A stretch of 63,672 bases of DNA, counting the filler, from Octopus bimaculoides (lineage: Eukaryota), in assembly GCF_001194135.2 (NCBI RefSeq). It is 5 parts of 5 records of this genome, joined end to end, with 100 filler letters (N's around TTAATTAATTAA, not from the genome) between each part and the next. Parts side by side here need not be neighbours in the genome. Positions count along the whole stretch, not along the records: positions 23,160 to 54,865 come from NC_068983.1; 4 more parts are not named here. One strand, given 5' to 3'. The notes below the pieces were generated by a model. The model saw only the letters and a list, made by a program, of their open reading frames with translations, was not told where the DNA came from and ran no database searches. Positions 26,410-39,162 of this stretch are shown here, piece by piece; the stretch's first letter is position 1; each line of letters begins with the position of its first letter. The position numbers and the translations under genes were made by a program.

Positions 26410-27040
26410 TGTAGTGGAATCATAGGTAGGCTACACGAGAATATAAACTTCAGATGTGATGTCGAAGCACACCTGAAATAGTTTCTCTTAAATGCACAGT
26501 TGAATCACCAAAAGTAGTTGATAACATTTGTGACCTAGGGAATATAATTAGCAAGGAAGGTGGTTGCTCTGAAAGTATAGTTGCCAGAGTAAGAACAGAT
26601 TAGAGAAAGTTCAGGAAGCTGCTACCATTGCTGACAACAAAGATCTTTTCCTTAGAGTATGGTAGACTGTATGACACTTGTTACATGATTGTGAGACATG
26701 AGCCTTGAATGCAGTGGATGTGAGAAGAGTGGAAAAAAATGAAGTGTTCATGCTTCATTGGATGTACAATATGAGTGTGCGTGTAAACATAGAAAGGTAC
26801 TGTATGAAAAACTGGACATAAGCAGTGTCAGATGTTGTATGCAATGCACTGGTATGGACGTGTGAGGTATGTGGATAAAGAAAGCTGTATAAAACCAATT
26901 GCTACCAGAAGAGGGAGACCCAAGAATACACAGGCTGAAGTGGTGAAGCTTGCTTAAGTACTCTGAGCCTAACATAGATGATAAAGGATCAGGATCTAGC
27001 AATATGAGGTTCTTGAAAACACCCACCCTTCTCAGTGAAA
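26410..27040 (+). mobile_element. Older 3' fragment of the LINE family found at 27750-33280
   Basis: CSGIIGRL...VVDNICDLGNIISKEGGCSESIVARVRT..KFRKLLPLL parallels the peptides at 28660-28800 and 32713-32900. Confidence 0.7.
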
Positions 27041-28803
27041 CTGAGTTCTTGAAGTGCTATGTATATTGTGCTCTCCACCCACATATTACAATGATTTACC
27101 ATCACTCCTGAATTAAATTCTCTCTCAAAATGCACTATGCCTGCCTCTCTCTCTTTTTTTCTCCTTCTCTGCAGACAACCCAACCATGTCATCTCTCTCT
27201 CCTGTCCTCCCCTCTATCAACTTTATCATCATTACTATCCTGCTGCTCTCTTCTGCATCCCTCTATCTTCCCTAACTCATCAATCAACCACTTTTCAACC
27301 CTACCTGATTTTTACAGTTGCAGCCTAACTCCCCACACAATCTTGAAAACCACCCACCCACCCACTTCTACTTAGCTTGTGCCTTGTGGGGATACCTAGT
27401 CACCTCATCACCATTATCTATCTCTTTGCAGCTCCTACTGATCATTTCTTTTTCTCTTTTTTCCTTCTCCTCTACTAAATGTGAGTGGCCATGCATATCA
27501 TCTTCAAGATCCTGCTCTTCCCCACCCTTCTTATACTTCAACCATTTGTCCCCTACCAAAAAAGCTGATCTCCATCTCTCCTAGGTTCATAGTCCTGCAA
27601 GCTGCAAGTGACCTCAATAGTGGTGATGGTACAAAAAAAACCATCCAGTATATTCCATAATGTAATCAGCATTAGGGAAGGCATCCCACTGTAGATACCT
27701 TGCCAAATGTGAACTCAACAGAGTTTTGACAGTAGCTTTGTAGATATAGCAATTAAGAATATGAAGACAAGGAAAGCCTGCGGCCCATTGGGAATCGCTA
27801 CTGAGATGCTTGAAATATCTGGTGGAGTGGGATATGGTCTAGTCACCTGTATAGTTAATCAGGTTGTCCATGAGGGAGTTATATCCAACGACTGGTGCAG
27901 CAGCATTATAGTCAACTGCTAGGTAAAGGTATAGTCAATTGCTACAAAGGTACAATTAGACAGAAATAATTACAGAGGTATCAAATTTCTAGATCAGATG
28001 ATGAAAGTTATAGAAAGGGTCATAGTTCAACTAATTAGGATGAGTTCCTCTAGATGAGATGCCTTGGAGAAGTACTACTGATGCTATATTCTTGGTAAGG
28101 AAACTACAAGAGAAGTATTTAGCCAAAAATAAACCTCTGTATTTGGCTTTGGTCAACATGAGAAAGCCTTTGATGGGGTCCTCTTCTCCCTTATCTGATG
28201 GTCAATGTGGAAGCTAGGGATAGATGACTGTTTGGTGAGAACTGTACAAGCCATGCACAGGGATGCTGTCAGTAAGGTGAAATTCAGCAATTAGTATAAC
28301 AACAAATTTGGCGTACAGGTAGGAGTTCACCAAGGATCAGTTCTCAACCCCCTCTTGTTTATCATAGTCCTGCAGGCCATAACAGGAATTTAAGACTGGC
28401 TGCCCTTGGGAGTTACTTTATGCTAATGATGTTCTTATAGCTGAGTCACTACCAGAACTAGAGAAGAAATTCAGGTGTGAAAGCAAGGTCTGGAATCAAA
28501 GGGTCTTAGTGTTAATTTAGCTAAGACCAAAGTCCTAGTAAGTAAGAAAACAGATAAATTACTAATCCCATCGGGGAAATAGCCCTGCTTGATATGTAGA
28601 AAAGTTGTAGGTGGAAATTTCATAAGATGTATCCAGTGCAAACTATGGACACATAAAAGGTGCAGCAGTGTCATAGGAAGGTTAAAAGAGAAAGTAGTCT
28701 TTGTTGGTAGCAGATGTGCAAGTACAATAAACACTAAGAATGTACAGAGAATAGACTTTTTCAAATGTCCAGGATGGATTCTTAGAAGTAGTAGACAGCT
28801 TCC

Positions 28804-31800
28804 TGTTATATTTCTTAAAACTGTTGGATTGTTATAATGCTCACTTCAGTATACTTAGTAAAGACATGACTATCTCCGACTGCTTACTTCATACTCCTGT
28901 ACTTCACATACTTCTCTTTACTTATAGTGACTAGGTTATTTCATTTGTCATGGAGGGGTGTACCATTATTACTAATTTCCTACAACATCTCCCTTTTAAG
29001 TTTTTCTTAGGAAGTGTCATTTTATTTAGCAATAATTTTTTTTTATTCACCTCCACCTTCCTTTTTTGAGTTTTTTTTTGTTTTGTTTTTTTGTACAATT
29101 TAATATTTTTTGCACTTGGCATCTATTTTCAGGAACTCTATATGTTTCCTTTTCCACTCACTTCCATGCCTGGGTTCAATCACCTGCAGTGGCATTGGTA
29201 CTTGGAACGTTTTGTACAACCATTCCACCAGTTCCTCCAACTTCTTTGGTTCATTTTCCATAAATCTTTTTCAGTTTGTTCCTGTGTCTCTTTTGTAAGC
29301 CTTTTCTACTTTTTACCCAATACATCATTTTACCTATGCATTTGGTAATTACACCATATTCTCAACTCTGCTTTCCATTCTTGTATGCCCTCATATACAC
29401 CTTTCCACCAACTTTAACCCTTTAGCATTTAAACCGGCCATATCCGGCCAAAAGTATTCTGCCTATTCTATGTTCAAACTGACCAGATCTAGTCTTTCAT
29501 ACCAACCCTACAATATCGTTTTAAAAATTAACAGCTACCTCATCAAAATCTCATAGCTACAAGATAATGCATGATTAGTTCAAAACAATGTGGATAAAAA
29601 AGCATTAATTATGGCAGAATAATGTGAACACTAAAGGGTTAAAGAATCTTGCTATATTTTCCCTGGCACTTTTTCTTTCTTCCCAGGTAGCAATTTATCA
29701 AAGACTGATTTTAGCTTCTTTGCAAACATCAGCTCTGCTGGTGAGCTACCTGCTGGTGTATTCGTATTTGGCATCACTCGATACACTCTTGAAAATTGTT
29801 GTTGAGCTACCTTATTCGTGACTTCCTTATTCGATCTTCTTAGGGCTCTTTTGAAGGTATCAACCTGTCCATTAGATCTGGGTTGGTATGGCACCATAGT
29901 TATATGTTCTACAGTGAATGTTTCACTGAATTTTTTTTAATTCAGTAGACACAAATGTTCCATTGTCAGACACTCTCTTGTATGAGATGCCAAATCTTGC
30001 AAACAATTTGTGTAAAAAATTTATCACAGTTGAGAAGGTTGGTTTTTTTACACTTGCAAGTTTCAAGCCATTTTCAAAAACTATCAACTACCACTAAGTA
30101 GTAAGAACCATTTAAAGGACCAGCAAAATCGATGTGTAGTCTCGACCATAGAACATCTACAGGTTCACTTTTTATAGTGGGCAATTTTGCTGCTAGAGCA
30201 CATCCTCTACACCCTTTCACCAAATTTTCAATTTTCGGCCAGTATATATAACTGTGCATTAAAGCTTTCATCCTTGAAATACCAGGATGTCTAACATGAA
30301 ATTCTCTCAACATTTCCTTTTGTAGTGTTTCCGGTATCACTACTGTCTGTGCATACATCAATACGCCATCACACACTGAGTATAGGTTCACATCTTGGTT
30401 TTGTTTTGCAACCAGACCTGTTCCTATTTTCTTTGCATTCCACTTTATATCCTCCAGGGTCACCTGCAACTTTCATACCATGTTCCACATCACGTTTTTT
30501 ATTTCACCTTCAGCTCTTAGAGTTGCAATTACCATCTCTTCGAATGGCTTGCCGTGTTTTAGTTTCAGTCTGGACAAATCATCTGCATGCCCTAGGTTTT
30601 TTGATGGTAAATACTCCATTCTGTAGTCGTAATTTAATAGTATAGTGCCCTATCTCTGTGGTCTACTTGCTGTGTGTATTGGGAGTCCTTTTTTGGAACC
30701 ATATATTGTCAGCAGTGGGCGGTGATCTGTTTGCTAAAAGAAACATCTTCCATGGATAAATCTATGGAACTGTCAGTGCTGCTGTGTCTGCATAGTCTCT
30801 CTTTTCAATTATATCAAGACTTTCCAGTCTTTCCAGTTCTTTGTTAACTTAGTCTATTGCTGCAAATGGTGCATTCCATTTTGGCCTAAAGACTGGTGTT
30901 GCACTTTGTTTTACAGCAATCTTAGCTTTTGTTTTTGTACAACAACCCAGTTCTTCCAAAAACACATCTGGAAATAACATTTTATTTTTTGTTTCAGTCC
31001 TTCGGCTTAATTTGAACCTTTTGACTGACCCAACTATATTTCCACACTTATGGGTGTATTCCATACTTTGAATAGTTCCATCCACTCTGTGCTGAATAAA
31101 TTAAGTGAACTTTTTAACACGTATATCTTCGCCTTTTTCGTTTGACCTCAAAATGTTACGTTACATATTAATTACCCAAAGAAATATAATCTTTTTCCCG
31201 TAACACCATGTGCTAACATTTTCGATTTAATTAATTTTGGCTTACCGACATATTTCCAAGTTTTTTCATTTATAATAGTGATATTACTATCAGTGTTCAA
31301 TTGCATTTTAACACTAGTATTTCTGATTTTCACCTTCATGAATTTTCTCATCGTTATATTGCCAATTTCTTTTGATGATATACTACTTATTCTTTTCCCT
31401 TTGTTCTAACATTTTGTCATCTTCATTCTACAGTGCATCTTTATATGTCCTGTACTTCCACAATAAAAGCACTCTGGTTTTTAAATGGGCAATTTTTCCT
31501 CAGATGTATACCTCCACATGCAAAACATGGGTTTATTTCCTGATTTTTGTTGTGTTTTTTAGAAAACACTTTATCTCTATTCTGAATATTTTAAACTTGT
31601 TTTATTTGGAAACAGCCTTTACATTCAATTTCCTCTTAATTTGACTATCCTTTCACATTTTTCTGACACTTGCTGTAGGGTTACATCCTGGTTTTGTTCT
31701 AGCTTTGTGAAAATTCTAATTCTAACTTCTGTGTCCTTTTCGGCAGTAAGTCTCTGTGTAAAAATCAGGCATTTGAACATATCTGGCGTTAGTTGATCCA

Positions 31801-32708
31801 GCTTAAATTTCTTGCATTCCCTGTTTACTCTACCAGCATATGTGATACAGTCCTCATTGTTGTTTTTCTCTATGTTCAGACACTTTCAATGTGTGTTGAA
31901 CAGTGAGCTTTTTCACTGAAAATTTTACACAATATTTCTATTGTGTCATTAAAGTTTATGTCCGAAGGTTTTCTTGAGAGTACATAATTGCTGTAATGTT
32001 CATGTTCTGCTGCCGCCAGTTTTCTCAAGATTAAGCATGTTTTCATCTCATCATCCCAATCTTTACATTCTTTCTCAAAGATCTGCTCATATCTCCTGTA
32101 GTATACTTCAAAGGTAACTCCTTCATCAGGTTCATATTTGAACTCTGTTATCAAGTTCTTGACATAGTCTGTCGAGAATACTTTTTCTGACTTTGCTGAT
32201 GACTTCAGTAATTGCAGCATTTGTTGCTGTAATATTATTTGTTGTTGCTTCTGTTGTTGCTCTTGCAGTTTTATCTGCTGCTGTTGTGTTTTTCAGTTGT
32301 TGTTGCAGTTGTAGCTGCTGCTGTTGTTGTTCTTTCAGTTGCTGTTGTTGCTACTCAAGCAAACCGGCGAACAAATTTTCCATAATTTTACGATTTTTTT
32401 TTTTGGTAAAATTCACACAACAAAACTTTTGCAAGTTTTTTAACTCCTCATAAATTGTTAAAATCCTTGTCGAGTTTATTAATTCCTTGTAATTTGTTTC
32501 AATCCTTGTTGCCACTGTTAAAATGTTGGATTGTTATGATGCCCACTTCGGTATACAGTATACTTAGTAAAACTAGTAAAGACACGACTATCTCTGACCA
32601 CTTACTATGAGCTCTCATACTTCATGTTCTTCTCTTTACTTATAGTGACTAGGTTATTCCATTCATCACATGGGAGGGGTGTACCTTTATTACTAATTCT
32701 CTATGACA
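28804..32708 (-). mobile_element. Gypsy/Ty3 LTR retrotransposon, internally deleted
   Basis: TG...CA LTRs at 28804-28987 and 32516-32708; 5-bp TSD CTTCC (28799-28803, 32709-32713); PBS-like GTGGCAACAAGG (32504-32515); PPT CTTAAAAGGGAGA (28988-29000); gag ORF 31876..32220; RNase H end QTDHRPLLTIYG; integrase H2C2 HVRHPGISRMK...C..C and WSRLHIDFAGP (30074..30469). Confidence 0.93.
29418..29638. mobile_element. piggyBac-type MITE inside the Gypsy element
   Basis: TTAA|CCCTTTAG ... CTAAAGGG|TTAA (TSDs 29414-29417 and 29639-29642). Confidence 0.85.
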
Positions 32709-33859
32709 CTTCCGTTACTTAGGTAACCTAGTTAGATGTGGAGGAGGATGCTCTGAGAGCATAGTTGATAGAATAAGAATGGGCTGGGCAAAATCCAAGG
32801 AATTACTACTTTCGTTAGTACTAAAGGGCCTCTTCCTCAAAGTAAAAGGTAGATTGTACGATGCTTGTGTACGAACAGCCTTGCTATATATATGGCAGGG
32901 AAACACAGGCAGTGACTGTAGAGGACATGCAAAGACTCTGAAAGAAGTGAAATCAGCATGCTCTGCTGGATGTGCAATGTCAGTGTGCATGTACAATGGA
33001 GTGTAAGTGTTTTAAGAGAAAAATTGGATATAAGAGGCATCAGATGTAGTGTGCAAGAGAGAACACTGTGCTGGTATGCTCATGTGATGCCTATGGAGGA
33101 TGACAGTTGCATAAAGAAGTGTCAATCTCTAATTGTGGAGGGAACTTGTGAAAGGAGTAAATCCAAGAAGACATGGGATGAAATGGTGAGAAATGATCTT
33201 CAGATGTTGAACCTTGCAGAGATGACAGGTGAAACTTCTGACAATTTGCAGTGCTTTCAAAGACACATCCAACTGAGTTAATTCATGGCCACCCACACAT
33301 AGACGCATGTCCTTCACAGCCATGCCTCCCCCCACACACTATCTGACCTCTGTCAAAACTCTCCCAACTCACTCATTTCCCCAACAACTGCTGCAGGCTC
33401 CTCTCCTCCACTCTCCCTCAACATATCACCCAGTGCAGGTCCTTCCCCTCCACTCTCTCATGTGCCTATCTGTACACTCTCCATGTCCTCACATATTTTC
33501 ATTAACCCCAGTCATTCCAATTTCTCTCATCAGCATTTACTACAATCGTGTCTTCCCCATCTCTAAACATCTCCGCTCACACTCTTTCCCCTTTGCACTG
33601 CTTATATTCCCCTCCACTGTCCTCTGTCAGTAGGCTCAATACATTTTCAACACCATCTATTTCACTTTCTCACTCTGAATGTCTCTCTGACTCTCTCTCA
33701 CCTTCCTTCTTCCTTGTCCTACTGGGATTAGTCACGTATCTCCTCTTTAATAAAATAACTATCTCTATCCCTCTCTTATACTCTAACCTCTCACCTGACT
33801 CACAACCACTTCCCTCGGGTGCACTTTCTCTGTTAGCTAAGAGATCTTTGTCCTGCATG

Positions 33860-34155
33860 CTACTTGACAACCCCACTGGTGCCGGTGTCACAGAAAAGCA
33901 CATGTGCCAGTGTCACTTAAAAAGCATCTGTGCCAGTTCCACATACAAAGCACTTGTACTGGTGCCACATAAAAAAAAGCACCCAGCTCACTCTGTAAAA
34001 TGGTTAATGTTAGGGAGGGTATCCAGACGTAGAAACCATCCCGAAACAGACAATTGGAGCCAGTGCAGCTCTCCGACTGGCCAGTTCCTGTTAAACCATC
34101 CAACTCATGCCAGCATAGAAAACGGACATTAAATGATAATGTTGACGATGATGAT
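33860..34155 (+). mobile_element. SINE-like repeat with a LINE-type tail (..CATAGAAAACGGACATTAAATGAT..)
   Basis: Similar to 43850-44197; reverse-oriented relatives at about 26080-26290 and 37280-37520; ends in (GAT)n. Confidence 0.65.
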
Positions 34156-35921
34156 ATATCTATATAGTCCAACTCATACCAGCATGAATGCAGACATAAC
34201 ATGGTGTATATACATTCAAGAATAGCTACTGTATATAAATGTTGAGCTAAGTTTTCTTCCACGCTCACACACATATAAACATAAAATAAGTCCAGAAGCT
34301 GTCATCATGTACACTATGCAAACATAGCATCTAGTATATTGCTTTCACATTACAGTTAGGTCTGTGACACACTAATTACTTGCATCAACAATTTAACTGG
34401 GTTATATACTCTGTTTGAAAAGAATTTCAGTAAGATAGAAGAACCATTAAACTTATCAATTAATGTGTTCCTTCTGGGGATCTTTAATCTTCCTATATTG
34501 AGAGAGTGAGAGTGCTAGTTGCACTCTTAGAGGGATATCACTACAGAATTTCTTCCTGACATCTTCAGAAATGTTCATGTATTTATATCTTCTTCCATAA
34601 AGACCTATACTACAATACTAGAACAATCATTTATAGACAATTTGCATATCAAACAATGTTAGATGCATAATTATCTTGAATCATAGTATTACAGACTTAA
34701 TACTAATCTAACAGTTAAACAGATCTGAGCAAATTTTACAATATATCTATATTTTATCCAAGTTCAGTTTGTATGAAGTCAACTAGATATGAATTCAATA
34801 AACATCTGTACGTATGACAATGATAGATTTCAAATATTGTGTCAACAGCATAAATTCTCAGTCATTTTGCACGTGGACAAATAACTGCCATGTGAGAGGT
34901 AGTAGGTCAATACTTGTGGAAGCATGGTGAAAAATATTCTCAAAATTGATAGGTAAATAAATGTTAAGGAAAACATACTCTTTAACCATTTCTTCAAGAA
35001 ATTGAAATTAGAATAACTGGTGTAAGATGTTCTTACTAATATGGAGCAAGGATAGCCTTAACAATCCATAATAATTCTACTGCATGAAAGAGATGGTTTA
35101 CTCACTACAAACCACTAGTCATCGACAACCAACTTTTCTAAGCTTGTTAATTTCTTTGCTCATGTTCAGTTTGCATTTGATAATATCAAGATTAAAGAAA
35201 TTGATATATAAGAAAGATGGAAGTAATAGATAAAAAAAACACTGTAGTTGATATTTTATAGTTGCCTTAGTTACAGCAATCACCTAAAGATCTTAAAAGG
35301 TAGCATAATAACTTCTGTTATAAGAAGGCTGAAGCAAGTTAGATGCAAATATCTACCAACCTATCTTCTTGATTACACATATCAATAAGATGGTGGGTAA
35401 GAATCATCATAAAGAAACAATATTCTAAGAGAATTGTAACTTTTCCAACATCATAACTAAATATCAAATTAACTCAATACTAACAGAAATATAATGCCAC
35501 GCTATAACAAAATATAGATTTTGTGGTTGCAAAATGTGTGGAAGTGCATCAGATGGGTTTGTACCTGAAATTTAAAGGTTCAACCACTTATTAATTCAAG
35601 GTGCAGGTGGTTCAGTTGGTGGAACAACAGAACACTCGTCATCTAAGTCAATAAAGACCTAGACTTTATGATGGAAAATGTGAAATTTAAGATGACTGAA
35701 ACTGTCATGGTCATGTAATTAAATTGATAGCAGCCTACAGGCATCTGACAGGTAAATTCTTGATGAAGAATTATATTAAAGTTCTATAAAATATTTATTT
35801 ACTAAAATACCACTACAGCATGGCCTATAAATAGAGTCATATGTATTTAATCTTAGTATGAAATTAAGCATTGTACTTTTATCACAGGGTGTGGTGGGAA
35901 GGGTCCAGTAGTTTGGAATGA

Positions 35922-35968
35922 GGATCAAACTATCTAGTTTCACTATCCATACAGTTCATCAGGATTTG
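35922..35968 (-). ncRNA. Hammerhead-like motif, slightly degenerate
   Basis: Minus strand: ATC-CTGATGA-ACTGT ATGG ATAGT-GAAA-CTAGATAG-TT-T-GAT. Core strands intact; stem I needs one extra T looped out. Confidence 0.5.
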
Positions 35969-36034
35969 TATACTTCCCCCTTAATAGCAGAGACTCATTT
36001 ATTAAAATGTAAACAAGACAGTATCAGATACAAC

Positions 36035-36431
36035 TCATTTACTCTCTTTACTCTTTTAGTTATTTCAGTCATTTGACTGCGGCCATGCTGGAGCACCGCC
36101 TTTTTTTTTAGTTGAGCAAATCGACCCCAGGACTTATTCTTTGAAAGTCTAGTACTTATTCTACCGGTCTCTTTTGTCGAACTGCTAAGTTACGGGGACG
36201 TAAACACACCAGCATCGGTTGTCGAGCGATGGTGGGGGGACAAACACAAACACACACACACACATATATACAACGGGCTTCTTTCAGTTTCTGTCTACCA
36301 AATCCACTCACAAGGCTTTGGCCAGCCCGAGGCTATAGTAGAAGACACTTGCCCAAGGTGCCATGCAGTGGGACTGAACCCGGAACCATGTGGTTGGTAA
36401 GCAAGCTACTTACCACACAGCCACTCTTGCA
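36035..36431 (-). mobile_element. Full-length SINE, family A (probably tRNA-derived)
   Basis: Reverse complement aligns end to end with 56799-57181. Confidence 0.85.
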
Positions 36432-36595
36432 TATGATATTGAGTTAACTGATTGATATTAGTATTATTAGACTACAATTAATGTTTGATAGCTTGGGAGG
36501 GAGTGGGTAAATGAATTCTGATGAGCCATAAAACAGCTAACCTAATCAGATTGATTTTCATTCCAAGTTATCTGTTTATCCATGGAGCCTAAAGA

Positions 36596-36812
36596 CCCTT
36601 TAACATTCAGATTATTCTGTTAAATGTAATGCTTTTCTACTCATGTTGTTTTTAATTAATCAGGCATTATCTTGCAGTTTCAATATTTCGGTGATGTGAT
36701 TGTTTATTTTGAGAATGACATTGTAGAATAGGTATGAGAGGCCAGATTTGACCAGTTTGAAGCTAAAACAAGTAGAATATTTGGACTGGATATGGCCAGT
36801 TTAAATGCTAAA
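36596..36812 (-). mobile_element. Second, end-damaged copy of the piggyBac-type MITE
   Basis: Starts CCCTTTAACATTCAGATTATTCTG and ends GGCCAGTTTAAATGCTAAA, matching the reverse complement of 29418-29638. Confidence 0.7.
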
Positions 36813-37931
36813 ATATATTTGTGGATATAACTTTGTATTATACTTCTATAAGAAGTGGTGACAGTGACTTCAAAGTTTTGGTTTGGTGGACTTCATCAGC
36901 AAAACAGACACAGGCTAGCAGACTGAAGCTTTGAAATCAGTCACCACTCTTCTTGTAAAAGTAAAATGTGTAAGTACTCTGCAAATAGTATTGAGTTACT
37001 CTTCAGTTTAACGTAAGATTGTTTTTACTATAACTTGACATAAAAGCAAACCTTGGTATAACTTCATATTAATGTTTGTTGTTCAGTTCAGTTATGATAG
37101 AAATCATTTTACATTAATTTGATGGGTTACTCTATACTTTTGTACAGTATAAATTTATTATTCTTGTACAAGAATATTGTTGATAGTGACTTCAAAGTGA
37201 CTACAGTTCAATGATGGCCGAAACTTCTAAGTCACTTTCAACAACCTTCTTGTGTAAGATATAACTTTGTATCTATATTGCCATCATCATCATCATCATC
37301 ATCGTCGTCATTTTAACATCCACCTCACTATGCTTGCATGGATCATACAATATTTGTTGAGGCAGATTTTTTTTTATGATCAGATATCCTTGTTGCCAAT
37401 CCTCACCTGTTTCTGAGCAAATTAATATTTCCTTTTCACTAGGCATTTTTTTTTTAACGGGTGACTGCAAATGAGGGAGATCACTTGTATGATGATGATG
37501 CTCATTTGTATCTATTGTATGATGTCAAAACAGAGTCACAAAATACACACACTTACATATACATGCACAGAGGCTTCTTTCAGTTTCTATCTACCAAATC
37601 CCCTCACAAGGCTATAGTAGAAGATACAGATACTTGCCCAAGGTGCTACACAGTGGAACTGAACCCAAAACCATAGTTGGAAAGCAAACTTTTCAACTAC
37701 ACAGCTATGCTTGTGCCTACATATATTTATTAAATATTTAATCAACTTCTACTACTTCTGCTAATCCTCCTTTAGATTCGAGCTCATAAATAAAGTTGAA
37801 GACTACCAAGTATGACTCACAATACCGATTAATTGTTTTGATTGAATGCCTTCACACATACACACATATGCGCACTACTGAAAGTGATTAAGTTTTAATG
37901 AAGGCAAGTGCTTTATCTATTGTATCATTGC

Positions 37932-37974
<43 letters not shown>

Positions 37975-38945
37975 TATTCAATTTGATAACAATCTACAAA
38001 ATATTTTGTCAGTATTATATTATATCCTCTTTGTTATCTGCAGCTAGCAAGGGAACTTTTGCCTGGTCGTCCGACCTGCTAGAAATAGCAGCTAAGTCTC
38101 TCTCTCAAATCATTCTACTCTTAAGAAAAGACACATTTGATAATGTTGTCCAGAGTGTGTCATGGCTAGAATGCCTTCAGTTATGTGTCTACCTAATCAG
38201 AGCTAACCTGTGGCAAACAAAACTTATTAGCTTTATTATGTGTCTGGTAGCTCACATTTCATTAAATGATTAAGTATATCTCCTTTGAGAAACACAATTC
38301 CAGCAATTTCGCATCCTCAACTGCCATTAGTTTTATTCTGAACAAAATAGTTCAACATTTGCTAATAGTGTCTTGGATATTACCATTTAAGGATTTACTT
38401 CCTCATTACATTGAATTTCCTTTCAGTTGCAGCTGTGTTTGAATCTCTCATCTGATAGTTGAATACTTGTTAAATTTTCCATCAAAAGAGGGAAGGCAGT
38501 GCTTGAGACCAGTGGGAGGGAGTAGGAAGGAAGCTATCCTCTCATTCGCCTCCATGTAGCTTCCACGAGACTGGCCTGGATACTTCTAACAGATGGTGTT
38601 AAGCTAGATAGGCCATGACAGGATTTGAACTCAGACTGCAAAGAGTGGAACAGCTACCACCATAAAGCATCCAGTTCGACATTCTTACAATTCCACCAAT
38701 CTACTGCTCTGCATTCATACCTTTGGTTATTCTTTTACTTGTTTCAGTCATTTGACTGCAGCCATGCTGGAGCACCACCTTAGAGGGTTTTTAGTTGAAG
38801 AAATCAATCCCAGGACTTATTCTTTGTAAGCCTAGTACTTATTCTATTGGTCTCTTTTGCCAAATCACTAAGTTACAGGGACTTAAACACACCAGCATCA
38901 GTAGTCAAGCGATAGCGAGGAGACAAACACAGCAGGCACATATAC

Positions 38946-39000
<55 letters not shown>

Positions 39001-39084
39001 AAAAAGTGACAACAAAAGAATGAGACTTCAGTATCAGGTAAATAGAGGATTATTTATATATGTATAATTTAGAACAAACAGTAA

Positions 39085-39162
39085 GTTGTCATTATAGTAC
39101 TCAGAGTTTCAAATGTCAGGGCGAAGAGCTACGATGCATTCACATCAGCTATTAATGGCAAT
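39085..39162 (-). ncRNA. Hammerhead motif in the inverted terminal repeat (one core substitution)
   Basis: Minus strand: ATAG-CTGATGT-GAATG...CATTT-GAAA-C-TCTGA-GTA-CTAT; A9 replaced by T. Confidence 0.6.

Larger units (their letters stand above)
27750..33280 (+). mobile_element. RTE-group LINE RT region, split by a Gypsy insertion (28804-32708)
   Basis: GKACGPLGIATEML...NDWCSSIIVNC...NYRGIKFLDQMMKV, GVHQGSVLNPLLFIIVL, Cys/His finger CRKVVG..IRCIQCKLWTHKRCS; removing the insertion restores EVVDSF|RYLGNLV..GGGCSESIVDRIRMGWAK in frame. Confidence 0.88.

Noticed and set aside
32193-32453. Cys-rich + strand ORF (CCCSCSCCCC)
   Set aside because: It is the antisense reading of the Gln-rich CAA/CAG start of the Gypsy gag region.
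35887-35910. GTGTGGTGGGAAGGGTCC encoding VWWEG, similar to the FBXO45 exon
   Set aside because: Only about 18 nt of similarity, with a stop a few codons later and no flanking homology; probably chance.
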